Shown in pieces: positions 43,505 to 53,308 of a stretch of 64,000 nt of DNA. Below the pieces are notes generated by a model that made no database searches, was not told the DNA's origin, and worked only from the letters and a program-made list of their open reading frames with translations. The translations under genes and the position numbers were made by a program. Every line of letters begins with the position of its first letter. Position 1 is the first letter of the stretch. The stretch comes from Methanobacteriota archaeon (GTDB lineage Archaea > Halobacteriota > Bog-38 > Methanoflorentales > Methanoflorentaceae): the NCBI GenBank assembly GCA_963720465.1, contig OY970393.1, positions 1,888,001 through 1,952,000 on the forward strand, given 5' to 3'.

Positions 43505-43876
43505 ATGGCGAGTATTAACATATTTAAGCTCCACGATATGTACATTTTTAAGCAGTACCTCGGCGATCCTGGGCTTTTTAAGCAGTTGGGCGATTACTAC
43601 AACGGACCCAACTATCGGTTTGAGATCTCCCCAGCAGATCTCGAGAAGGTTCAGGACATCTTGCAGGCAGCGGGTTATGACGTTAACGTGGTGGAAGATC
43701 TCACCGAGTTCCGCGTGACGATAGGGCGATTCCAGAAGCACAAGGAAATTCTCAAGAACAGCGTTGAGGTTGAGGAAGTCGGCGACGACAAGGTCTTCCT
43801 GATGAAGGATAAGGAAGCAGTCGAAATGGCGCTGAGCCAAGGCGCTGCAAAATACGAAGGAGACTTGTTTAGCTGA
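43505..43876 (+). CDS. Conserved archaeal hypothetical protein
   Basis: INIFK...YIFKQY...YYN...YRFE...ILKNSV...FLMKD..AVE.A pattern; TATA-like TAAATA upstream. Confidence 0.75.
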   Translation: MASINIFKLHDMYIFKQYLGDPGLFKQLGDYYNGPNYRFEISPADLEKVQDILQAAGYDVNVVEDLTEFRVTIGRFQKHKEILKNSVEVEEVGDDKVFLMKDKEAVEMALSQGAAKYEGDLFS

Positions 43877-44276
43877 TCTTTCCGCGAGCGCGTCGGATAG
43901 GGAAGAGCTACATCCAACCCCCAAGCAAAAAGGCGACAGGCCAGCTTGTTCTCCTTGCTGAAGTCGCCGCATAGAACCGATTCGCTGATTTTATCTCCTG
44001 TGTCAGTTGCTGGGCTGCCTTTTTTAACGTCTACTGAAGCTCTCGTTCTTTTGCTTGCAAGCACGAGCTTTCGCAAGCGCGTTTGGGTGATTCTGAGGTC
44101 TGGCGCGGGCGTTGCGGTCTATCCCGCGCGCGTCATGCAGACCCGTGGCGCCGCGACACGAGATTTGATGAAAGAGCAAAGCGCACGTATAATATACTTC
44201 CAAGCTTATCGCAGTCATGCCTGTGCGACAGGCACGGAATGAGGGAATCCCCGCGTGAACGGGGGGTTGATATGTT

Positions 44277-45518
44277 ATGAATTCTACGACAGATCTAGGC
44301 GAGAACGATGTCGGGCCGCTGCGGGTGTGCATGGTGACTCCTTTTCCGCCGCGCCACGACGGAATCGCAACATACTCATCTGAGCTGATTAACGCGATGG
44401 AAAGTCTTGGTCACACGGTCTACGTGATCAGTCATACTGATGAGGACGTGGGCGGACACGAATCACAGACAAACGTGTTCGGGATTATAGATATTTCGAA
44501 GCCTGACTGGGAACGCGTCATTTTTAAGAAGATAATGGATCTGAAACCAGACGTCGTACACATTCAACACGAATACGGCCTATACGCGAATATGGGAGAC
44601 TATGGGATTAGCATCATCGATTTACTCTTTCTACTTTTCGTCGCGCGTGTGCCTGCGGTGATCACGTACCATTCGGTATACAGCACGCTTGGCCGAGAAG
44701 AGGCCATCTTTACCAGCTTGAGTCTAGATACCGTTGACGCGGGCATCGTGCACGAAGAATTTCAGAAGATCTTTTTGCCGGCGAACTTAGGGAGGATACC
44801 AAACAACGTTTTCGTTATCCCGCACGGGGCAAAGACTGCGGTCGCGGAAGACGTCCCCGACGAACGAGAGGCGAAGAGACAGTTCGGATACGAAGGCAAA
44901 AAAGTCGTTTTGTGTATCGGGTGGTGGGAACCAAACAAGCGGTTCGAAGACGTGGTGGCCATATGGCCTGGGGTGCTCGACAAAGCCAAGAATGCGGTTC
45001 TCGTTATTGCGGGCGACGCAAGACCGGGGTCTCCTAGTGGGCTCTATTACAAGCCGAAGCTGCTCGAGGCCATTTCAGAATCCCCGGTTAAGGACAATAT
45101 ACGGGTTATCACCGGGGCTTTCACGCCGAGAGAATACGACTCACTACTCAACTTGGCGGATTTCATCGTACTGCCGTATGATCGAGCGTCGCAGAGCGGG
45201 AATCTTGCACACGCGTTTGCGCTGGGAAAGCCTGCGGTGGTAACGGCGGTCGAAGGCCTCAAGGCGGAAGTCGAAGCAAGTCAAGCGGGCGCAACCGTCC
45301 CACTCGGATCGCTTGAAGATTTAAAGGCTGCTATACTCTTACTTCTCAGAAATAACGAGTTGAGAGAGCTTTTCTCTAAGCGAGCGCTTGAGTACGTGCA
45401 GAAAAAGATCGGGTGGTCTATCGTCGCAAAAAAACATATCCTTCTTTATGAAATTGCCATGCAGAAGGAAAGGATGAAAGTCACTCCTGCGTCAGGACTT
45501 GACGTAAGCCGCGGCTAG
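44277..45518 (+). CDS. GT4-family glycosyltransferase
   Basis: PP..DGIATY, HIQHEYG, IPHG, K..E and LPY...QSG....AFA.GKP motifs. Confidence 0.9.
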   Translation: MNSTTDLGENDVGPLRVCMVTPFPPRHDGIATYSSELINAMESLGHTVYVISHTDEDVGGHESQTNVFGIIDISKPDWERVIFKKIMDLKPDVVHIQHEYGLYANMGDYGISIIDLLFLLFVARVPAVITYHSVYSTLGREEAIFTSLSLDTVDAGIVHEEFQKIFLPANLGRIPNNVFVIPHGAKTAVAEDVPDEREAKRQFGYEGKKVVLCIGWWEPNKRFEDVVAIWPGVLDKAKNAVLVIAGDARPGSPSGLYYKPKLLEAISESPVKDNIRVITGAFTPREYDSLLNLADFIVLPYDRASQSGNLAHAFALGKPAVVTAVEGLKAEVEASQAGATVPLGSLEDLKAAILLLLRNNELRELFSKRALEYVQKKIGWSIVAKKHILLYEIAMQKERMKVTPASGLDVSRG

Positions 45519-45675
45519 GGCCGTTGATCTTGAACTTCGCGGCGTGACGACGAAGAAACAATCGATGCAGGCTCAAAAGCCAGCAATAGCTCTTCGCGCG
45601 GGCTGACGAAAGATATATACGCTTTATTACTGTAGTAAGGCGTAATCGCCGCCGAACCAGAGGCGCTGAGGTTTT

Positions 45676-47451
45676 ATGCCAATTTCCCCCGATGACATAA
45701 CGATAACGAGTTTTCCGAAGCTGTTCGAGCAGATAGTAGACGACAAGCAAAAGGTCGGTTTGAATCCTATCCAGAACAATCCACCGGATTTGTTGGAGCG
45801 CGCAAAACTCTACGGAACGCAGTTTAGAAATGGGTCGTGGAACTGGGCATCAAACATCTGGAACAGAAGCGCCGCAGGCAGCGTCGTAGTTGAGCGTGAA
45901 GATGACCTGCGCGTGGAGCACCGACTGTTGATGCTTCGCGTGCTGGAGCACATTCTTGACCAGCCGATGATTCAGGCAGACGCAACGCTCGGGCAAAAAG
46001 GTTCAAAAGGAGAGATGAAATGCCGGCTCTACTGCGACGCGCAATTTCCTGACGTCGCATACCGCTGGCAAGCGGTCAATTTCCCAGGAGATCCGGACGC
46101 ACAGCCTGACGCGCAGCTTTTTATGATCCCCCACTATCTTGAGAACCCCAACGTGCCAGGTAAAAACGAGATGCTGAAGGTCATCCGTTTTCCCTTCCAC
46201 AACTACACCATCGTCGCCGCATCGTCGTACATGGGAGAAGCGAAGAAGGGATTCCTTTCGCACTGGATTTATGAGATCTACAAGAGAGGGGGGACGGGCG
46301 AGCACGCTTCGCTCAAGGAGTTTACGGTCAAACGCGTTGACGGCACAAGCAAGAACATAGTGATGTCGGTCTGGGGACTGACCGGCAGCGGAAAATCCAC
46401 TCACGGGCACTACGTCTACGACGAGAAGATCGCGCAGATCTACATCGACAAATTTGGAATCAACCCACTCGAGTTCATTTCTACCCAACTCATTCGAAAT
46501 GACGACGTGGTCGCGGTATTTGAGGACTGCGTTGTCAGCCCCGAACGCGGCTGCTGGACGAAAACAGAGGATGTCGACGTAACGCAGCACGCCATCTACA
46601 ACGCCGGAACGTCGCCGAACGCGCTCCACGAAAACACGGAATGGGACGAGCACGGCGACGTGAGTTTCCGTGGCGAGATACTTCAATATCACGGAAAACT
46701 GAATCAAAACGCGCGGAGCATCATCTTCTTGGAAGACACCGGCTACTTCGACGGAAATGTCGACTCATCCGGACCGCTCAACATGGCCGTGTTCATCAGC
46801 CCCGGATATATCTCGGACTATGCCTGGGTGAAGCTGAACGATCCTGCGTTCGCCGCCAAGGTGCTTGCAGACGGCAGAACGATCGGCCACCCCGCGCAAG
46901 GTCGAGAAGGCGTCGGCGGCGAGAAGTATGAATCGAGGTATTGTCTGCCGTTCACGATGGGCGTCGGGAACGCCGCCCACACCCACCGGTTCTACGAGTT
47001 TATGAAGGAAAGGGCGAAAACTGATAATCCAATCGAATCGTATCTCATCAACACGACCGGCCGCGTCGGTGCCAGGTACGTCTGGGCCGATACACACCTT
47101 GGCGACGAACCCATCTGGCTCGCAAAGACACTGTTTGAAGAAGTGGACGGCAAAAAAAAGCCTGTAGGGGGGACCGGCCCGACCATCGAAGAGACGCAGG
47201 TGTTCTTGATCCAAGCGGCGCGTGGTGCAGTTGACTACGAGCCACATCCGCTGTGGGGCGATAAAGTGCTTGTCCCGACGCGAGTGGAGGGACTGCCAGA
47301 AGAACGCTTAAAGCAACTCGATCCGTTTACGTATAGGACCGCTGAAGAGATGGAGGCGCTGCTCAGGCAGCAGATTGCTCAGAGTAAGTACTATTTGAAA
47401 GCCCAGTGCGCGCGGCTTAACAAACGGATCCTGACTGCAATGGACTTCTAG
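45676..47451 (+). CDS. Phosphoenolpyruvate carboxykinase (ATP)-like protein, divergent
   Basis: YMGEAKKG, HAS, GLTGSGKST, NDD, E.G.W.KT, NARS and YLINT motifs. Confidence 0.75.
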   Translation: MPISPDDITITSFPKLFEQIVDDKQKVGLNPIQNNPPDLLERAKLYGTQFRNGSWNWASNIWNRSAAGSVVVEREDDLRVEHRLLMLRVLEHILDQPMIQADATLGQKGSKGEMKCRLYCDAQFPDVAYRWQAVNFPGDPDAQPDAQLFMIPHYLENPNVPGKNEMLKVIRFPFHNYTIVAASSYMGEAKKGFLSHWIYEIYKRGGTGEHASLKEFTVKRVDGTSKNIVMSVWGLTGSGKSTHGHYVYDEKIAQIYIDKFGINPLEFISTQLIRNDDVVAVFEDCVVSPERGCWTKTEDVDVTQHAIYNAGTSPNALHENTEWDEHGDVSFRGEILQYHGKLNQNARSIIFLEDTGYFDGNVDSSGPLNMAVFISPGYISDYAWVKLNDPAFAAKVLADGRTIGHPAQGREGVGGEKYESRYCLPFTMGVGNAAHTHRFYEFMKERAKTDNPIESYLINTTGRVGARYVWADTHLGDEPIWLAKTLFEEVDGKKKPVGGTGPTIEETQVFLIQAARGAVDYEPHPLWGDKVLVPTRVEGLPEERLKQLDPFTYRTAEEMEALLRQQIAQSKYYLKAQCARLNKRILTAMDF

Positions 47452-47790
47452 AGGCCGCCGCCCGATCAAAAAGACCTTGTGCGATCACTAAAGCGGTCGG
47501 TCTCCGCGCCATCATCATCAGATTTTACCTTGAAATCGTCAACGCGTTAGAGTTCCCGCGCAAAAATGATCAGTCAGGCGATCACTCGGCCGCTGAAAAA
47601 TCGCTGCAGCGATTTAGCATTTCTGGACTGTCGCCAGCCTTTCTTCTTCGACTGGCGGATCCAAGCATCTGCGGAAATCACAACTCAATTTCCATTTTTC
47701 ATATCGGACGTTGGAGTATTCTGATTCGGTTTTTGAGTTAAACCCAATCACAAGCTTTATTGCCTTGTTGCGATATCTTAGATCGAGTTT

Positions 47791-48180
47791 ATGACTGATA
47801 CAAAGTTCTGTAAGTCATGTGGGACGACCCCAAGTCCCTCCGCGCGTTTCTGCAGAGAATGCGGAGCTGTTTTGGCCGAAGAGCCCAGCGTCGATCAGAG
47901 TGCATCGACCGCAAAGGAGCAAGTCAACGAAGGCATTGCTCTGTACCGACAAGGTGACTATCAAGGCGCCTTGGGTAAGTTTGGGAAGGCAACCGAAGCC
48001 GATCCGACGCTCGCAGCGGCCTGGAGTGACAAAGGCTGCGCCTTGGGGCGTCTTGGCGAGCGCGACGCGGCTTTGGAGGCGTTCAACAAGGCGCTTGAGA
48101 TCGACCCAGACAATCGAGAAGCTCGCGAAGGCAAGGATCTGTGTCTGCGCATGCTTGGTTTTTCTCAGGAAGCAAGCTGA
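47791..48180 (+). CDS. Zinc-ribbon plus TPR protein
   Basis: FCKSCG...FCRECG, then TPR consensus AW..KG.AL..LG...AL.AF.KALEIDP. Confidence 0.85.
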   Translation: MTDTKFCKSCGTTPSPSARFCRECGAVLAEEPSVDQSASTAKEQVNEGIALYRQGDYQGALGKFGKATEADPTLAAAWSDKGCALGRLGERDAALEAFNKALEIDPDNREAREGKDLCLRMLGFSQEAS

Positions 48181-48569
48181 GAACCACCGCTCGGCGGGAC
48201 TTTACGTCGCGCGACGTTAATCCGGGCTGGGCGAGCTTGGGCTTGCTACTATTTCGTTCGGGTGTTTGGCTAGCTGCTGTTACGTTCCCGAGAAGCAGGC
48301 CGAGCACAGGTCGATAAGAGATCTCTGCTGAGAGCGATCTCTGTGGCCCAGACGTGCGGACTAAGGTCTTTACGGCAAGCCCCTAGCTCCCGATTTTCTC
48401 GAGCCCCTTCTTTCTTGGCATCTCGTGGACGGGAGTGCTCGCTCTTTTTTGATTGCTGGTTCAAGCGAAGTCAACGTAATTCAAAAGGTATACGATCTTC
48501 TACAATTAGTTTGAATAGGCGGCGCATCGCTTTATCGAGAACGCGGATCGTTTGAAGGGGTAGGCAGCA

Positions 48570-49682
48570 GTGAGGATATTTGACAGCAAACCTGACATTG
48601 CAAAAATGCTCGCTAACGGCGACGTCGAAAACTTAGCGCGCACGGTAGAAATCGGTGGTCCAGATTTCGATCACGACGAGAATACGCGCAGGGAAGCCGT
48701 TGACGCGCTTGGCAGTCTAGCCGATCAAAGAGCTGTTGACCCTCTGATTGGGGCGTTGCAAGACGAAAATGAGCGTGTACGCTTGAGTGCTGTAGCCGCG
48801 CTTAAGAGGCACGCAGCGTTTGGCCCCCTCGTCAACGCGATGCACGTGAATGATAGCAGGGTGCGTCGAGCCGCCGCCGAAGCCCTCGGCCAGCTCGGCA
48901 ACCCCCGCGCCGTGCAACCCCTCACAGAGATGTTAGCAGATGACGATCGGCGTGTTCGGGCCGCCTCAGTCGAGGCGTTGGCAAAGCTCGGCGAACCATC
49001 CATAGACCCTGTGATCCGTGAGCTCCAGGTGACAAATAGCCAGGCGCGTCGAGCCGCCGCCGAAGCCCTCGGCCAGCTCGGCAACCCCCGCGCCGTTTTG
49101 CCGCTTATAGCCTCCCTCAAGGATCAGGACTGGCACGTCAGCTTTGCTGCCGCGTGTGCGCTTAAGCAGCTTAACGATCCACGCGCATTAGAGCCGTTCA
49201 TAGAAGTGCTGAGCGACGGAGCGACGGACGTGCGACGGGTCGCCGCCGAAGCCCTCGGCCAGCTCGGCAACCCCCGCGCCGTTGAGCCGCTCGTCCGCAT
49301 GCTATACGCCGAAAACAGTGACGTGCGACGGGTCGCTGCCGAAGCCCTCGGCCAGCTCGGTAACCCCCGCGCCGTTGAGCCGCTCGTTGAAGCGCTGACT
49401 GATAGCTATAAAAACGTGCGCGAAGTTGCCGCCTGGGCGCTCGGTCAACTGAGCAACACACAAGCCGTAGAGCCCCTCATAAAGGCGCTGGAAGATCCAT
49501 ACAGCGATGTGCGCGAAGTTGCCGCCTGGGCGCTCGGTCAACTCGGAGACTCTCGGGCGTTGAACCCCCTTAACGAAGCGCTGAAGGATAACAGTCAGCG
49601 CGTGCAAAAAGCCGCTGCACACGCTCTCAAGAAAATCGCCAGCAAATCCTCGCATGACAAACACTCGATTACCGTAACTTAA
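48570..49682 (+). CDS. HEAT-repeat (PBS lyase-like) protein
   Basis: Repeated VRR.AAEALGQLGNPRAVEPL units. Confidence 0.92.
   Translation: MRIFDSKPDIAKMLANGDVENLARTVEIGGPDFDHDENTRREAVDALGSLADQRAVDPLIGALQDENERVRLSAVAALKRHAAFGPLVNAMHVNDSRVRRAAAEALGQLGNPRAVQPLTEMLADDDRRVRAASVEALAKLGEPSIDPVIRELQVTNSQARRAAAEALGQLGNPRAVLPLIASLKDQDWHVSFAAACALKQLNDPRALEPFIEVLSDGATDVRRVAAEALGQLGNPRAVEPLVRMLYAENSDVRRVAAEALGQLGNPRAVEPLVEALTDSYKNVREVAAWALGQLSNTQAVEPLIKALEDPYSDVREVAAWALGQLGDSRALNPLNEALKDNSQRVQKAAAHALKKIASKSSHDKHSITVT
48873..49375 (+). repeat. Four near-identical 41-bp intragenic repeats
   Basis: GCCGCCGAAGCCCTCGGCCAGCTCGGCAACCCCCGCGCCGT at 48873, 49056, 49242 and 49335 (the last has 2 mismatches). Confidence 0.85.
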
Positions 49683-49879
49683 CCTGCCTCGAATCAGAGC
49701 TGCGCGTAGTTGCCGCCCAAGCTTTCCAGGAACGGAGCCCCTAGCAAGGCTGATTCCAGGTGCTCGTGCAACGACAGAGCGGCGCCCGAGGGCTAGCCGG
49801 CTACCGCGTGCATGCGATTGAGCGCGAGCCCATAAGTTTCGGGCTTAGGAGCTATACGCGTAACAAGACAGCTTCGCGC

Positions 49880-51172
49880 TTAGTTCGCACTCAATATACG
49901 CCGTTTTGACAGGAGATAGAAGGCCGCTATCAGATAAGCGAAGATGAGTGTGATTGCCGCACCTAGAATGCCAATCAGTGGAATCAGAACCACGTCAAAA
50001 CCGACGAGCACAATGAGCGCGATAACACTGCTGAGGGTGTTCACTTTGGCTCCGCGCGTACCTTCTGAAGCCATAAGCCAGCTAAGAGCTTGATAAAAAA
50101 AGGCCGCTATTGCGGCAATAGCAAAAACGAGCGCAAGTTCCCAGCTGAACGGATACTGGCGCCCATAAAGAAAGAAGATTATCCACTCTAACACAAGCAC
50201 TAATGGCGCGATCGTGGCAGCAAGGTACGGCGTTGCCTTGTTTACGCGCCCTAGAATGGCCAGCTTATCTTTGCTCTTGGACGCATAAGGGAAAAAAGCG
50301 GCGTTAATGATCATCCAAAGCATGACAGCTACAGTTATTGATGGCATGAAATACGCGTTGTAAATTCCTACATCCGCAGTCGTCATGAACTTGTTGATGA
50401 GTATTCTGTCGACGCCCATGAAGGTAGCTGCCACACCTCCCGGGAGGGCAAGAACCGCGTAATGCATGATATTTTTCGCCCAGGACGGGTCAAATCGAAG
50501 CTTTATGTATTCTCTGAGATAAATGACCAAAATGAAGCCGATTACTGCGTAGGATAGGAAATACGAGTACGATGCCGATTCCCACGACTCCATGTCCCTG
50601 CTGATGAATGTGAAAAACACAACAAGCAGTACGACCGATTGAGCGGCAGTCAGAAGTGCATACGCTCTCATTTTGAAGAAGATTCTGAGTGAATTTGTGG
50701 TAAACTGATAGAACGCAGAAGTAACGGCGAGAAAAAGGGCGAAAAAGAAAACGTCTGCTGGTACTCCAAACAAGTAAGATAGCGGCGCAGAAAAAAGTAC
50801 GTAGGCGCATATCGAGGCTGCAGTCAATAGTGCTAACAGAATGTACGACGTGGAGATGATGCTGACCTGTGCAAAACCATCCTGCACTTCTGAACCATAT
50901 TTGATCATCGGCGTAGAAGTTGCTATCATTGAGATGGTGAGAATAGTGCCAACTGTCGTGACAAGTCCGAGAACGCCAAAATCGCTTGGTCCCAGTACCC
51001 GTGCCGCAATGATGCTGAAGGCGAGCGTGAATAAGGCTCCGACCAGCGTCCCAATCCCCACGTACGAGGTACCTAAGACGAACGTCCGCGCTTGGGCGTC
51101 CATTTTCTCCTTAAAAATTAGCTCATAGGGCGCACTGAGCAAACGCAAGCCAAGTTCCTTGAGCGACATCAC
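49880..51172 (-). CDS. Oligosaccharide flippase (Wzx/MOP family)
   Basis: AARVLGPSDFG and DRILIN...VGIYNAY motifs; paralog of 10313-11632. Confidence 0.88.
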   Translation of the reverse strand: MMSLKELGLRLLSAPYELIFKEKMDAQARTFVLGTSYVGIGTLVGALFTLAFSIIAARVLGPSDFGVLGLVTTVGTILTISMIATSTPMIKYGSEVQDGFAQVSIISTSYILLALLTAASICAYVLFSAPLSYLFGVPADVFFFALFLAVTSAFYQFTTNSLRIFFKMRAYALLTAAQSVVLLVVFFTFISRDMESWESASYSYFLSYAVIGFILVIYLREYIKLRFDPSWAKNIMHYAVLALPGGVAATFMGVDRILINKFMTTADVGIYNAYFMPSITVAVMLWMIINAAFFPYASKSKDKLAILGRVNKATPYLAATIAPLVLVLEWIIFFLYGRQYPFSWELALVFAIAAIAAFFYQALSWLMASEGTRGAKVNTLSSVIALIVLVGFDVVLIPLIGILGAAITLIFAYLIAAFYLLSKRRILSAN

Positions 51173-51362
51173 GGGGTAAACCTAGGTGGAAGTAATTGCG
51201 AATTTATATATAAGTTCCATTGGTACAGTCAGCACTCGCACTCTCTATCTAGTGAGCTGTATTTCAGAGATCTGTCTCTCGCAATGGTTCAGATTCTACA
51301 GGCACGCGAAAAAATTGGGCGTTTTTAAAGATGCTCGTTTTTCCAAGAAGATTCAGCTATAG

Positions 51363-51803
51363 GATTATAAGAAGTGGGAGGAGCGATTTCTCGATCATCC
51401 GAACGCAGCTTCGGCTCAAGACATTCATCAGAATTAAGGGGACTATGTTTTCCGCTGCGATTTCCACGAGCTCACACAACTTATTAATATAAAACCTGAA
51501 GTCGGGAGCTGCTACATTCGAAGCACCTGTGAACCATTCGACGAGGATAGTGAACTCGACGAAGAAAAAGTGAAAAACTCGTTGAGGCACTTCAACCTAC
51601 GCCCGTACACCCAAATTCATGCATCTGGACACTTGGGCTACGACGAAATTAAAAAGCTCATAGAAACAGTGAAGCCAAAAATAGTGTTCCCCGTCCATAC
51701 GCAAAACCCGGAAATGTTCCTCAGTTTGCACGATAACGTGATCACCCCTCAAGGGGAGTTGAGTATACATTACAGCCAGTCAGCGAGCTCACTCGGCTTT
51801 TAA
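51363..51803 (+). pseudogene. C-terminal remnant of a beta-CASP/RNase J-like MBL nuclease
   Basis: DYKKWEERFLD...QN*GDY...YIRS.CEPF...IHASGH...PVHT with an internal TAA at 51435; N-terminal MBL motifs absent. Confidence 0.75.
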
Positions 51804-52093
51804 ATCTTAATCGCTTCTGTCTCTGTCCGTAAAAACAAAGATAAATATGGGCTTTCGAGAGCTCTGTAGGACCAAGAATAGTAATTAGTCTTTTCTTGAC
51901 AGACGGCGATGTTTCCAAGGTGCGAAACTGAGCACTACTCTTCGCCTCGTGAACCTATACAAGTCGCAAAACTATTTTAACAATTACCTCTCTTATTTTT
52001 AGCAGAGTCCTGCTAGCTGCTGCTGTTCAGAATTCGCATATTATTCGTGCTGGCGCAGCGTTTACTCTGCCGTGAAAGGGAAATCTTCAAAGT

Positions 52094-53308
52094 GTGAATC
52101 TGTCATTGAAAGAGGTGCTCGCGATCAGAACTGGATTAAGATTTGTACATCTCAGCGACAGTCACTTAGGTTACAGGCAATATGGATTAAAACAACGTTT
52201 GCAAGATTGGAGTCATGCAACACAAGAAATTATCAACTACGCCGTCGAGAACAAAGTTGATTTTGTTCTGCATAGCGGCGACCTCTTCAACTCAAATTTG
52301 GTTGACCATACCACTCTCATTCATGCCATCAAAATACTGAATCCATTAAAAGAAGCCGAGATTCCATTTTTCGTAATAGATGGAAATCACGATAGGAGAA
52401 AAGGCTCTCAGAGCGACACAGCTAATGACGTACTCCAGCACTTGGAATTGTGCGACTATCTTGCCCCAGAAGGCGATAATCTCGATAATGCGATTAGACA
52501 AGTCGGCGAAACAAATATCATAGGACTTGGGTATCACGGCATCTATCTGCGGTCAAAAATTGAGAATTTTTTCAAACAAATGCCGGATGCACTTAATATC
52601 ATATTGTTGCACGCTGCTGTTGAGCATCATATTGCTGAAGGGCATCCAGATATTACATTGTCAGAGCTTGAAATGCTCAGACCAAGAGCTGCGTATTTGG
52701 CGCTCGGACACTCTCACAACAAGTTTAAGATAAGTGACTGGATTTTCAATCCAGGCAGCCCAGAATACTACAGATTTTCTGATCAAGACAACAAAAGGAT
52801 CTTTTATGATGTGGTGTTAGAAGACGGGAAAGCCGAGGTTTCGGAAATCGAAGTTCGTAGCGCTCGCCGCATGTTTGGTCTCAACGTCGAGCTATCTAGT
52901 ACCGATCAAGCGACCGAAAAGACCCTTGAATTGTTAGACAGGGAAAATGCGGACAATCAAATTGCCGACTCTCTTGTAAGAGTTGTGTTTGGAGGACAAG
53001 CCCCTACCGATCTGAGTTTGACCGAGTTAAAAGCAGCAATTGAGGTCCGCTACTCACCACTTTACTGTTTGGTAATAGACAATACTTCGCGTCAGGAAGA
53101 CGCATTTTCTGAAATTGAGGGTTCAATGGATGAATTCGAACTCAAAATGTTTCAACACACTTTTTCCGGTTATGATGAAGAAGCGCTAGAAGTTGCTACG
53201 TTTGCGAGAGGCATAATGAGAGAGATTATCGACATAAGCCCTGCAAGTGCCGAAGATGCCGAAATGATAGCGCAGCAAGTCTCTAGTTTCCGAAGAGATA
53301 ACATATGA
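52094..53308 (+). CDS. mre11: Mre11/SbcD nuclease
   Basis: DSHLG, GDLF, GNHD, LLH, LGHSH and NPGSPE motifs. Confidence 0.92.
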   Translation: MNLSLKEVLAIRTGLRFVHLSDSHLGYRQYGLKQRLQDWSHATQEIINYAVENKVDFVLHSGDLFNSNLVDHTTLIHAIKILNPLKEAEIPFFVIDGNHDRRKGSQSDTANDVLQHLELCDYLAPEGDNLDNAIRQVGETNIIGLGYHGIYLRSKIENFFKQMPDALNIILLHAAVEHHIAEGHPDITLSELEMLRPRAAYLALGHSHNKFKISDWIFNPGSPEYYRFSDQDNKRIFYDVVLEDGKAEVSEIEVRSARRMFGLNVELSSTDQATEKTLELLDRENADNQIADSLVRVVFGGQAPTDLSLTELKAAIEVRYSPLYCLVIDNTSRQEDAFSEIEGSMDEFELKMFQHTFSGYDEEALEVATFARGIMREIIDISPASAEDAEMIAQQVSSFRRDNI

